Part shown: positions 14,525 through 23,900 of the stretch, one piece after another
How the letters are laid out: every line of letters starts with the position of its first letter
Numbering within the stretch: the first letter of the stretch is position 1
Source of the DNA: a plasmid
Sequence record: NZ_LC586269.1
Strand: one strand, 5' to 3'
Length of the DNA: 59,422 nt
Translations under genes and position numbers: made by a program
The notes under the pieces: generated by a model
What the model was told of the DNA's origin: nothing
What the model saw: the letters and a program-made list of their open reading frames with translations, nothing else
Databases searched by the model: none

Positions 14525-16342
14525 TCACTGCTGTATTACTGGTGCTCCGTCCTTTGCCGGATATATTCCGTCACACTTCTTATCGAAGAAGCCTCGGCAT
14601 CCAAAGAACGCGCTGGCTTCCTTACCCTTCTCCTTCTTCTCGATCAGCAGAAGTCCGCGTCCACATTTTGGACAAGGGTGAAGTGGTTCTATCTCGCGGA
14701 GCAGCTTCGCAATTTCGTCCTGCAACTGTTGATCGAAGCCCGCTATAACTGATCGATAATTCGCAGTACCCTTTGCTATTTCGTCCAACTTGCGTTCAAG
14801 TTCCCTGGTGAAATCCACGTCCATAAAGCTGAACCGGTTCAGAAGCACCTGGACCAGTTTCTCGCCACGGTCAGTAGGCTCCAAGAACTTCGTCCCCTTC
14901 TTCAATTGGACATAGCGCCGGGTCTTGGAAATGTTTTCCATAATTGCGGCAAACGACGAAGGCCTTCCGATCCCGCGGCTCTCCAGTTCCTTCACCAACG
15001 AGGCCTCGGTGAAGCGGCGTGCTGCTTTCGTCTTTGTCGTGACGACCTCACCGGAAGTCGCGGTTAGGGATGCGCCTGTCTCCAGCGGCGGAATCGCCCC
15101 TGTCGTGTGCGATACTTCGTCTGGTTTGTCCTCGGCGTCATCCTCGGCCAGGATTGTCTTGTAACCGGGGCTGACCAGCTCGCTATGCTCACCAGTGACA
15201 GCCACTGTCCCATCCAATCCCTCGGGCTTTAACTTGACCTTGGTGACCTTGAACACTGCATCCGCCATCTGACAGGCGACCGTCCGCTTCCAGATCAGTT
15301 GATACAGCTTGCGCTGGGCTTCGTCTTCTCCTGCCTCGAGCCGTGTAATGTCGGTGGGATGGATCCCCTTGTGTGCCTCCTGAGCGTCGGCTTTCGCCTT
15401 CCAGGTCCTGGGTTCGTCAGACAGCGGGAGATTCTGAGCGGCACAATAATCCCGAACGGCCACCAGCATATCGTCGGTGAGGTTCGGGTTGTCGGTACGC
15501 ATATAAGTGATGTGCCCCGCCTCGTACAACTTCTGCGCCGCCTCCATACAGGCCTTCGACCGAAGATTGAGCGCGTTACTAGCGGCCTGTTGAAGCGTAG
15601 ATGTGATGAACGGTTTGAACGGCGAGGACCTGGACTCACCAACGGAGTGCTCGAGGACTGTAAACTGCCGAGCGTTCGCAATACGCTCCGCAGTGGCCAG
15701 GTCGGTGCATTTCTCATCAGGTGCCCAGTCAGCGGACCAACCGCCCTGGAAGGCGAAGCGTGCCGAGTGATGCGTAACCGCAGTGTGGGCGCGGATGAGA
15801 TTTTCGCGTTCCACAACGAGTAACACCGCGACGCTCTGCACTCGACCGGCCGAGTAGTCGTACGTTGCCATCAGTTCCTGGACGATCGGGCTGATGTAGT
15901 AGCCAACGATCCTGTCGAGGATCCTGCGGGCCTCTTGAGCGGCGACCAATCTCACATTGATCTTTCGAGGTTCTGCGACCGCGCGAAGAATCTCCTTCTT
16001 CGAGATCTCCCCGAAGGTGATGCGCTTTGGATCCTGCAGGCCGAGGACTTGCTGGAGGTGCCAGGCGATCGCCTCCCCTTCCCTATCGTCGTCGGATCCC
16101 AGGTAGACCGCTCCGCCTGAGCTTAGCGCTCGCCTGGCTGCGTTCTTCAGGACTTCGGATACTTTCTTGCCCTCCCCTATGAATACATAGTCAGGGCGGT
16201 ATTCAGGACCTGCGACCCCCATTTCATGTTCCGGGAGATCCCGAATATGGCCGAAAGAGGCCTTGACCTCCCAGCCCGGCCCAAGATAGCCCTCGAAGGT
16301 CTTCGCCTTTGCCGGTGACTCTACGATCAGAAGATTGCCCAT
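14525..16342 (-). CDS. topB: Type IA DNA topoisomerase (Topo III-like) with C-terminal zinc ribbon
   Basis: 605 aa; TOPRIM start MGNLLIVESPAKAKT, GxDDDREGE, CPKCG...C zinc ribbon at C-terminus. Confidence 0.9.
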   Translation of the reverse strand: MGNLLIVESPAKAKTFEGYLGPGWEVKASFGHIRDLPEHEMGVAGPEYRPDYVFIGEGKKVSEVLKNAARRALSSGGAVYLGSDDDREGEAIAWHLQQVLGLQDPKRITFGEISKKEILRAVAEPRKINVRLVAAQEARRILDRIVGYYISPIVQELMATYDYSAGRVQSVAVLLVVERENLIRAHTAVTHHSARFAFQGGWSADWAPDEKCTDLATAERIANARQFTVLEHSVGESRSSPFKPFITSTLQQAASNALNLRSKACMEAAQKLYEAGHITYMRTDNPNLTDDMLVAVRDYCAAQNLPLSDEPRTWKAKADAQEAHKGIHPTDITRLEAGEDEAQRKLYQLIWKRTVACQMADAVFKVTKVKLKPEGLDGTVAVTGEHSELVSPGYKTILAEDDAEDKPDEVSHTTGAIPPLETGASLTATSGEVVTTKTKAARRFTEASLVKELESRGIGRPSSFAAIMENISKTRRYVQLKKGTKFLEPTDRGEKLVQVLLNRFSFMDVDFTRELERKLDEIAKGTANYRSVIAGFDQQLQDEIAKLLREIEPLHPCPKCGRGLLLIEKKEKGKEASAFFGCRGFFDKKCDGIYPAKDGAPVIQQ

Positions 16343-16350
16343 TGCTCACC

Positions 16351-16962
16351 TCACCCGACTTTCGCCGCGGTAGTGATCGCCGCGATCTGCTTACGTTGCT
16401 GGTGGTAGTGCTTGATCACTTCATCGAGTCGGGTCATGCATTGCCATATCGGCTTGGCCGCCTTCTTCTCACGCTTCTTGTACTCGCCGTAGTCGATGAA
16501 GCCGGACAGGTACATCTGGCGAAGCGCCTGAGAAATCTCATCGACGAGGACAATCGATCGGACGAAGCGATTGACCAGGGGCCAGGAGTGGCGACCGTCT
16601 ACCACCAACTCATAGGTCTGCTCTTGAGGCGCGCCGAACTCGATGCTCTTGAGCAGAGGATCGGCCATGCGTTCGTCGACCTCATCCCTGATAGTTTTCA
16701 GGGTTTCGGTCAACTTGGCCTCGTAGCTTTCGATGATTTCCCGCAGGCCTGGAATGACCTTTTTGGCCAGTGTTTTGGCGACCAAATGCTCAGGCTTCTT
16801 CGTCGTGCTGAACGATTCGACGGAGAACAGGCTATCGACAACCACCCGCCCGGAGATCCTGCGCGAGGAGGTTTCCCATATCCCAACCACGAACTTGTCG
16901 TGAACCGTAATGACGGTGTTGGCAGCTTTCTTGTTACCAGGAGCGTTCTTCTTTTCCATCAC
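16351..16962 (-). CDS. Hypothetical protein (203 aa) in the par-topB operon
   Basis: ORF track; operon position. Confidence 0.55.
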   Translation of the reverse strand: MMEKKNAPGNKKAANTVITVHDKFVVGIWETSSRRISGRVVVDSLFSVESFSTTKKPEHLVAKTLAKKVIPGLREIIESYEAKLTETLKTIRDEVDERMADPLLKSIEFGAPQEQTYELVVDGRHSWPLVNRFVRSIVLVDEISQALRQMYLSGFIDYGEYKKREKKAAKPIWQCMTRLDEVIKHYHQQRKQIAAITTAAKVG

Positions 16963-17435
16963 TTAATACCCGCAGCTACTCCTCTTAGGGCCAGGATCTT
17001 GCTGGGAGGCAGCGAGCGAATCTGGTCCTTGAGGAAGGCGACCGCAAAACGAAAATTTCGGCTAACAGTTGTCCCTTGGGTCTGGTCGATACCCAAGGGA
17101 ATGTCTGTGCCGCGTGAGTGGTGCTTCACTATGTCCGAAGCGAGTTGTTGCGCATCGACCGACTCGCCTGCCAGGCACCATTCGATTGCGTCGTCGAACA
17201 CATCGAACAGCGTCGGCTTGCCAGCCGCGACCGCTATCTGGTGAGCGTTGTAGGCGGGTAGACCATCGGCCGGGTTGTCCGTTGGACTACCCGGGCACAA
17301 GGCGTCTTCCCAGCGGATACGATAGAGCGTGCGCCCGTCGTGCTGGAATGGAACGTAGTCGGATAGCGTTGCGATTCTGGCAATTGGCATGGGGGTTATT
17401 TCACTTTTCCGCAAGTTCATCCAGGGCTTGAGCAA
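16959..17435 (-). CDS. Hypothetical protein (~150 aa; start uncertain)
   Basis: ORF track; overlaps parB end. Confidence 0.45.
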   Translation of the reverse strand: MLKPWMNLRKSEITPMPIARIATLSDYVPFQHDGRTLYRIRWEDALCPGSPTDNPADGLPAYNAHQIAVAAGKPTLFDVFDDAIEWCLAGESVDAQQLASDIVKHHSRGTDIPLGIDQTQGTTVSRNFRFAVAFLKDQIRSLPPSKILALRGVAAGIK

Positions 17436-18423
17436 GCGCCTCGATCAGCGCGCTCAGATCACCCTGACCCGGTTCGATGTTCAGCAGTACGGCCAGGGCT
17501 TGGGCTCTCTTCGGGGTCAACATGAGAGAGGCGCTGCCGTTGGTTTCAGAATCTGAAACCACTGGGCCCGAAGAGGTGGCAGCCGTATTGGCGCTGTCAC
17601 TCGTTGAAGCGCTACCCGTGGTTGCCGCTCCATCCTCGCTGGAGGGCTGCTGGGTGGTGCCGGTTTCAGAATCTGAAACTGACCCCTGCCCTGCCCCCGG
17701 CGCCGGCGGCTCCGATTTCTTTTTTTCACGCGGCAGCAGCGCCTTGATGGCCGTCTGGATGCTTTCCCCTTTCTCCAGGCGCTTGCTCAGTTTCTTCAGG
17801 GTATCCGGCCCCATCTTGTCGAGCTTTTCCAGGTCGTAGATGATGTTGACGTCCCGGAATTCATCTAGCTTCGCAAACTCCTGTGCCTCGGGGCTCAGCT
17901 TGAAAACCTTCATATAGCGGCTCAGGCGCGACTTGTCCTTGATGCCGTGTACCGCAAGGATTTCCTCAGTGGTGAATCCGAATTCCTCCTTGTCCCGCTT
18001 GATCGAGCATGCGGTTTGCCAAACGGTCAGCCCCTGGCCGAGGACGTTGCCCGTCACATGGTCCATTCGCCGTTCGCGAACGCCACCTTTACTGATGATG
18101 CACGGCAGCAGCTGCACATCATCCGGAGCGTCTTCGGTCGCCCTCCAGCGGCATTCTCCCTCGATGATCTTGTGCTTCCCTGTTTCGTCTGCTGGTTCCA
18201 CCCAAAGAGCTTTTCGGATTCCGTAGTGGCGGCCCTCCTCGAGGGGGATCAGCGCACTCCTGCGGATGCCGGCGATGTGGGCGAGAGTTCTTTCGGCCTC
18301 CCAGTCATCACGGTCTTGCATCGGGTCCGGGTAGAGGTCGGAGCGGTGGATCAGCACGATCCGTTCACGTGGTTCGTTGTCCGACGATTTGCTGTTCAAC
18401 AGTTCGGCGATGGCATCACTCAT
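17401..18423 (-). CDS. parB: ParB-family partition protein; two copies of the TTTCAGAATCTGAAA palindrome lie inside its coding sequence
   Basis: 340 aa; ParB/Srx N-domain; overlaps parA by 4 nt. Confidence 0.8.
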   Translation of the reverse strand: MSDAIAELLNSKSSDNEPRERIVLIHRSDLYPDPMQDRDDWEAERTLAHIAGIRRSALIPLEEGRHYGIRKALWVEPADETGKHKIIEGECRWRATEDAPDDVQLLPCIISKGGVRERRMDHVTGNVLGQGLTVWQTACSIKRDKEEFGFTTEEILAVHGIKDKSRLSRYMKVFKLSPEAQEFAKLDEFRDVNIIYDLEKLDKMGPDTLKKLSKRLEKGESIQTAIKALLPREKKKSEPPAPGAGQGSVSDSETGTTQQPSSEDGAATTGSASTSDSANTAATSSGPVVSDSETNGSASLMLTPKRAQALAVLLNIEPGQGDLSALIEALAQALDELAEK

Positions 18424-19229
18424 TGCTTGGACTCCAACAGTTTCTTGCAGAAGGCTTCGACTTCGGCCAGGGCGTCTCGAGCCGAGTCATTGTCCGGCTC
18501 AATCCACTTGCCCTGGCTGAAAGCCTTCTTGATCGGATTGCGGTACGCGATTACCCCGAGCAGCGCTCGTTCCTGGTACTTCTCGACCAGCTCGTTGTAG
18601 ATAACCCGTTCTGTCGTTGCTTCGGGCACCTTCTTCCCGAGATAGCTCACCAGCTTCGGTACTCGGTTGATGAGGAATCCTTCCCAGGACAGGTCCGGGT
18701 TCATGCGGTTGCGAATGACCTTCAGAATCTTCGCCAGCTCATGAAGGGAGGTGATCGCGTTGTTGTCGAGGTCGATCGGAGAGTAGACCCGGTGCGAAGC
18801 GATCAGCGCGGCCAGCACGATGTTTCCGTTGCCGGCTGGTGTGTCGATCAACACGTAGTCATAGGACTCGAAGTCGGGAACGTTCTGTTTGAGGTTCTCC
18901 TCCAGCTGGTTCAGAACCATGAGGCTGGCAGAGCGGTTTACCGCTGACATATCCGAGTGCCCCTGGATCAGGTGGATTCGATCCGAGATAGGGCTCACCA
19001 CGATCTTGCGCTGTTCGTCGGGGTCAACGAACAGATCCGTAACATTGCTGTACTGCGAGTACCGAACATCTGCCCCCTGGAAGTTGTTGGTCAGGCTGGC
19101 AATGTTGTCCAGGTCGACCAGAAGAACCTTCTTCTGGAGCTGGCCTGCGATGTAGCAGGCCAGCCCGGTCAGACTGGTGGTCTTGCCGACGCCGCCTTTG
19201 GGCGTCATTACGGAGTAGATAGTTGGCAT
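18420..19229 (-). CDS. parA: ParA/Soj partition ATPase (deviant Walker A KGGVGKTT)
   Basis: 269 aa MPTIYSVMTPKGGVGKTTSLTGLA. Confidence 0.92.
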   Translation of the reverse strand: MPTIYSVMTPKGGVGKTTSLTGLACYIAGQLQKKVLLVDLDNIASLTNNFQGADVRYSQYSNVTDLFVDPDEQRKIVVSPISDRIHLIQGHSDMSAVNRSASLMVLNQLEENLKQNVPDFESYDYVLIDTPAGNGNIVLAALIASHRVYSPIDLDNNAITSLHELAKILKVIRNRMNPDLSWEGFLINRVPKLVSYLGKKVPEATTERVIYNELVEKYQERALLGVIAYRNPIKKAFSQGKWIEPDNDSARDALAEVEAFCKKLLESKQ

Positions 19230-19231
19230 AG

Positions 19232-21340
19232 TCAGATTCCGTCTACGTTGTCGAGAGAGGACAGGTCCACGTCTTGGCCCTGGCCGCTAGGTGATTTCTT
19301 CTCTTGCTTCATCATCTTGTTCTTCTTCTCGCCAGAAGAAGCGAACAAATTGTTTGCAGCCGCGTCGATCATGGCTTGTTGCTCCGGGGTGAGCCCGGCC
19401 GGACCGTCATCTGCTTGCTGGAGTTGTTCTGCAGCGACTGGGATATCGTCGACGCCTGCGAATGGGTCTTCCTCCTGGTCAAACGGAATCGTGTCATCCG
19501 GTTGCTGGTCAAGCTCTGCGAATGGGTCATCGCCGATCATGTCCTCAGGGCTCGGCTCTATCGGTGCTGGAACGGCTGGAACAGTAGAGGAGGGGACGGC
19601 AGCCGGGGAACCCTGGGGGTCCTTCTGGCTCTGCTGTAGAGCAACGTAATGGCTGAGTGGGTACGCATGCTTGTAGGGCACCCAGCAGCTGTACATGACC
19701 GTGCTCAGTACGTTAGGGCGAATAAGCACGGCAACCCGAGGGGGGAGGGCAAGGATGACGTTAGTGGAAATGAAGTTTTCCTCTTGCTGGCCAATACTGC
19801 GCTCGCCTGTCCACTCTTCAGCACCGCCTTCATTTCGCTCAACGCGTTCCATCTTAGTCACGCTTTTCTGCGTAACGCCGGTATTATCCGACAACCACTC
19901 AGCCGTTTTATATTCCGCCGCGCGATGACCGATTGTAATTTGCGTATTTGTCTCGATACCGTTCTTAATTGACTCGGCATTTAATGTTTTGTCGGTCAAG
20001 TTAAGCGGGTCTTCGATTGACTGATAGGCTAATGTCATCAAAAGTTTCTTCGACAGAACAGTGGCCAACGAGTTGGCTAAAGTGTCTGTCATCATAAATC
20101 GTGCTTCGTCAATAGTTAGTTTAACGAAGTTTGGAAGTTGGACGCGTCGAACAGTTTGAATAATTTCTTCAAGCATGCAGTTCGCCGCCTTGCGAACAAC
20201 AGTATCTTGCAGGTCGGATTTTATATAAACGACACTGCCGGCGAGAAGTTCCTTTTCAATATTTAACCCCTCGCCTTCGGGTTCTAGGGCGTCGATAAAG
20301 CGCATTTCCATAAGTGGCGATTCGATGTTCCCCGCATACGTGAATACGAGGTTCTTTTCCGACTCACTGAGCGAGTTTGGGGGATACTGGATGAGTTCTG
20401 CCAAATGAGAAAGACTGCCGTCCCAATGGGGCATGAGCATATCCAAGACGCGGCGGGCATTCTTCTTATAGTGATCCGCATCGGTGCCGGTGTCGTTCAG
20501 TCCCAGTACCTTGGTGATGCGCTCGCGGCGCTCGCGAAGGGTGCCGTTCTTGAAGGGGTGGTAGCCCGTTTCGCGCCCCCCTGTGAGGTCACACACCACT
20601 ATCGGAGCCCTGCCGTTTCGGACGCAAGACTCGCTCATGATATGAACGATATTGTCATCGGGTTTCTGGTCAATGAACCATGCCCCCCAGCCCCGCCAAA
20701 TTGCTTGGTCTAGCTCGACGCCGAGGAACACGCCTTTACCGGTTTGAGAAGGGCCGAGCGCCTTGACGTGAGTTTTCACATACACCGAAAGCGGCGTGTA
20801 GAGCGGAGCGTTGTTCTCGTCTAGCGCGAAGAAAAACTCGTCGTCCTTGTAATGGTCGCTGGGCAAAAAATCCTTTGCCTTCAGACTGGCGGTTACCGTG
20901 CGAATGTCACTCAGCGCGTCCCCTGACTGCATCACTCCCCAGTTTCGCCAGGCGGCGGAAATCCTGGGGCGCACCACCCTGAGGATCAGCATCTTGACGA
21001 AGAAGGGTAGGGCGAAGAAAGGAACAGCTATCCACCACAGATCTCGCAGGCTGTTGAGCAGTATGTCAAACCAGATAAGCCAATATTCCTGGCCACCGTC
21101 ATAGCCGAACTGATAGACGGCTACGACAAACAAAGTAAGGGCAAAAACGGGCAGGGCGGTCATAAACACGATGATTGCGGCGCGCCTTACCCAAGTCGCA
21201 ACAATCGTCAGGCCGCTTGCATCAGTGTCGTGGTGGATAGCTCCACCTACTGACAGTGCCAGCATAAGGCCTAAAAAAAGGGAGACGAGCATCGGCGCCC
21301 AAGGGTCCGTCTGCTCCATCACGATTCTCAAAAATTCCAT
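19232..21340 (-). CDS. Type IV coupling protein-like ATPase (VirD4/TraD family): N-terminal TM helices, P-loop-like GPSQTGKG, Walker B LTIDEA, acidic C-terminal tail
   Basis: Track ORF 19232..21388; ATG with RBS at 21340 preferred; the P-loop is non-canonical. Confidence 0.6.
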   Translation of the reverse strand: MEFLRIVMEQTDPWAPMLVSLFLGLMLALSVGGAIHHDTDASGLTIVATWVRRAAIIVFMTALPVFALTLFVVAVYQFGYDGGQEYWLIWFDILLNSLRDLWWIAVPFFALPFFVKMLILRVVRPRISAAWRNWGVMQSGDALSDIRTVTASLKAKDFLPSDHYKDDEFFFALDENNAPLYTPLSVYVKTHVKALGPSQTGKGVFLGVELDQAIWRGWGAWFIDQKPDDNIVHIMSESCVRNGRAPIVVCDLTGGRETGYHPFKNGTLRERRERITKVLGLNDTGTDADHYKKNARRVLDMLMPHWDGSLSHLAELIQYPPNSLSESEKNLVFTYAGNIESPLMEMRFIDALEPEGEGLNIEKELLAGSVVYIKSDLQDTVVRKAANCMLEEIIQTVRRVQLPNFVKLTIDEARFMMTDTLANSLATVLSKKLLMTLAYQSIEDPLNLTDKTLNAESIKNGIETNTQITIGHRAAEYKTAEWLSDNTGVTQKSVTKMERVERNEGGAEEWTGERSIGQQEENFISTNVILALPPRVAVLIRPNVLSTVMYSCWVPYKHAYPLSHYVALQQSQKDPQGSPAAVPSSTVPAVPAPIEPSPEDMIGDDPFAELDQQPDDTIPFDQEEDPFAGVDDIPVAAEQLQQADDGPAGLTPEQQAMIDAAANNLFASSGEKKNKMMKQEKKSPSGQGQDVDLSSLDNVDGI

Positions 21341-21426
21341 AGAACACCCTCTACCTTCGTGCCCAAAAAACCTTCCGCGAAGCTTCAATCATCCACCGCC
21401 AGGAGGGAAGGGCGGCGCGTCCAAAA

Positions 21427-21705
21427 TTTCAGAATCTGAAATTTCCTACGGCCTTCCCTCCTAGCTCCAGAGTTTCAGAATCTGAAATTTGCGTATCAGC
21501 GCGTTCGCGCTTTCCCGCGGTTTCAGATTCTGAAATGGCCATGTGGCTGTCGCCTGGGGCGGTCGGCCAAATGGCTCCGGCTCTGCCGCTCTGCTGGGAC
21601 GCGATGAGAGTTTCAGAATCTGAAACTCCCGTGCGCCCCTGTCGTACCACCCCTTTGTCTTGTTCGAGTCGCCTGGGGAGGTGGCAAAAGTTTCAGAATC
21701 TGAAA
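21427..21705. promoter_or_regulatory. Five copies of 15-bp palindrome TTTCAGAATCTGAAA (21427, 21473, 21521, 21611, 21691): centromere-like parS candidate; two more copies at 17544 and 17664 inside parB
   Basis: Perfect palindromes with 40-90 bp spacing upstream of the T4CP-parAB operon. Confidence 0.6.
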
Positions 21706-21756
21706 CTTTTAGGCCACTCGCTAACCCTATGCGTCCTCTATGTTTAAGTCAAGGGG

Positions 21757-23140
21757 TTGTGCTACGATAAAATCATAGAGAAAAGCATAGAGAAAGAGCA
21801 TGAAAAAGCCCAAAGCAAAGAGCCAGGAGCGCCCCGACCAGGTGGTCGGGGTGACGCCAGCGTCTGCTGGCATCATGGCTCCGAAACGCATGCGTTTCTT
21901 TGCCGAAGAGCGCGCCGCTGCATGCAGCGTCGTGCCTGCCCTTTACGGGACAGGCATACACCCCCGGAGGAGCGCTCCGGGGGTGTGCAGGACTCCACGA
22001 CGCATGCGTCGTTCCGCCCTCTTTTTCTGCCTGCGCCCTGGACGGGCTTGTCCGAAAAATTCACCCGCGCGCCCGTCCACTCTCTTCGAGAGCGGACCCC
22101 CCAGCTTCCTGGGATTGCGCAACGCTTCGCCGCGGTCCTTCGTCCCTTGCTCAGCTGCTCCACCCCGGAACCCGGGGGGTCCGCTCTCGCCGACTTCAGC
22201 CCTGGCGGGCTTCAGTAGTCGAGCGCAGACGGGCGCGCGCTGCACGTCGCCTGATGCTTCGCACTCCAGGTCCCGGCCTGGACGGCCGTCCCTGGAGCAG
22301 ACCGGCATTCGGCCCTGGGGGGCCTCGGTGCCTTGCGAGCCGCGTGGGCGCGTCTCGCATCTGTCAGGCTTCTGTTTGTTTCGGCCCACCTCGCTGACGC
22401 GAACTGGGCCGCGCGCTGCCGGAACAGCTTTTGGCTGTTCCGGAGAGCGGGGCGCCTGCCGACCTCCGCTCGACGGCTCCGCCATCGCTGCGCATCGCAT
22501 TGCCCTCGCCGACCCATTCGGGCGGCTGGGCTCGCTCGCTTGCTCGGCGAAGCGTCGTCACCTGGGCCGAGTTGCTGGGCGCCCCCCGAAACAGCTTCTG
22601 GCTGTTTCGGAAAAGCCGGAACAGCTTTTGGCTGTTCCGAAGAGCAGGGGAGCTTGCCGACCTCCGCTCGACGACTCCGCCATCGCCGCGCATCGCATTG
22701 CCCTCGCCGACCCGTTCGGGCGGCTGGGCTCGCTCGCTTGCTCGGCGAAGCGTCGTCACCTGGGCCGAGTTGCCGGGCTCCCCCCGAAACAGCTTCTGGC
22801 TGTTTCGGAAAAGCTGGGCGCCGACTTTGCCTCGCTCGACGGCTTCGCCCTGCGCTTCACTTCGCATCGTCTGCGCCGGCCTTTACAGGCGGCTGACTCG
22901 CTCGCTCGCTTGGTCAAGCGTCGTTCCCTACACTGCGTGCCGGGGCGCCCAATCGAAACAGCTTGTGGCTGTTTCGAAAGAGCCGGAGAGCTTCGCCGCC
23001 CTGTGCAGCTATCGGCGACAAAAGCTCGTCGTAATCAAACACCTGTACCCGACTGCCCTGCGGAAACAGCTCGCGGCTGTTTCCGAGGGCCGGAACAGCT
23101 TCTGGCTGTTCGGAGTCGGGAGATGAGTAAGGAGCGAGAG
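21757..23140. repeat. 1.4-kb GC-rich noncoding region with ~7 palindromic iterons (CGRAACAGCTNNTGGCTGTTYCG) and two ~170-bp direct repeats (22440-22610, 22640-22800); candidate oriT or oriV
   Basis: Repeats seen directly; ORFs called here are frame artefacts. Confidence 0.6.
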
Positions 23141-23141
23141 A

Positions 23142-23900
23142 TTGACTGAGCGTCTAATGGACGGTTGGACCGGGTCCCGAGGTAAGGAGCGGAGCCGGGA
23201 AAAAATCAAAGAGGTCGTGCGGTGGCTCGCCCTCTTTGACTTCTCCAACCAATCGCTGTTGGCCAAGGCCTACGGCGCTGAGGTCAGAGGTCAGACTGTG
23301 TTCTTCAGACGCCTTGAGGAGTCTCGCCTAGTCGTTGTTACGAAGGCGCCGGGTCTCGACTGGAAAATCTACTCGCTGAGCCAGAGCGGGATGGAGATGG
23401 CAAGGGTGCTGCTGCCGCACCTGGATCTCAAGCGACGGCGAACGCCGTCGTGGATCCAGCTGGTCCATGCATTCTCCATCCAGGGGGCGATCATGGCGCG
23501 ACGGGATGAGATCAGCGGCTTCATGCCAGAAAAAGAGCTTTCCAAGATGAAGGCCAACCATTTGCCGGATGCTGTTCTCGAATACAAGAATGGGAAGAAG
23601 GTCGCTTTGGAAGTGGAGTTGAACCATAAAAGCGTTGGTCGGATTTACAATATCTTCCTGTCGCACCTCAAGAACATCCATAAAGGTCACTACGATCAGG
23701 TTCTCTATCTGTTTTCAAGCGAGCAGCTCAAGAACAACTACGAAGAGAAGTACAAGGTAAATATCTGGCCGATGTACATTATTAGCGAGCGAGGAAAGCT
23801 TGTTCTCAGCCCTGAACACCGTGGTGGATTCGATGCTGCCAAGATGGTTCATCCCACTGATAAGTTCAGGTTCATCTGCGAGGAGCTGTATTCATTATGA
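23142..23900 (+). CDS. Winged-helix plus PD-(D/E)xK-like nuclease-fold protein (252 aa); candidate DNA-processing protein
   Basis: Motif ...PDAVLEY...KKVALEVELNHK; iterons end 30 bp upstream; stop overlaps start of the VirB11-like gene (ATGA). Confidence 0.45.
   Translation: MTERLMDGWTGSRGKERSREKIKEVVRWLALFDFSNQSLLAKAYGAEVRGQTVFFRRLEESRLVVVTKAPGLDWKIYSLSQSGMEMARVLLPHLDLKRRRTPSWIQLVHAFSIQGAIMARRDEISGFMPEKELSKMKANHLPDAVLEYKNGKKVALEVELNHKSVGRIYNIFLSHLKNIHKGHYDQVLYLFSSEQLKNNYEEKYKVNIWPMYIISERGKLVLSPEHRGGFDAAKMVHPTDKFRFICEELYSL

Noticed and set aside
21427-21705. TTTCAGAATCTGAAA repeats considered as a CRISPR array
   Set aside because: The repeat is a 15-bp perfect palindrome with irregular 30-75 bp spacing, no cas genes, and copies also lie inside parB; fits a centromere or operator.
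21800-23149. 449-aa ORF and several overlapping ORFs across the iteron region
   Set aside because: Low-complexity Ala/Arg/Pro translations of palindromic and direct repeats; no start context; both strands give equally long ORFs.
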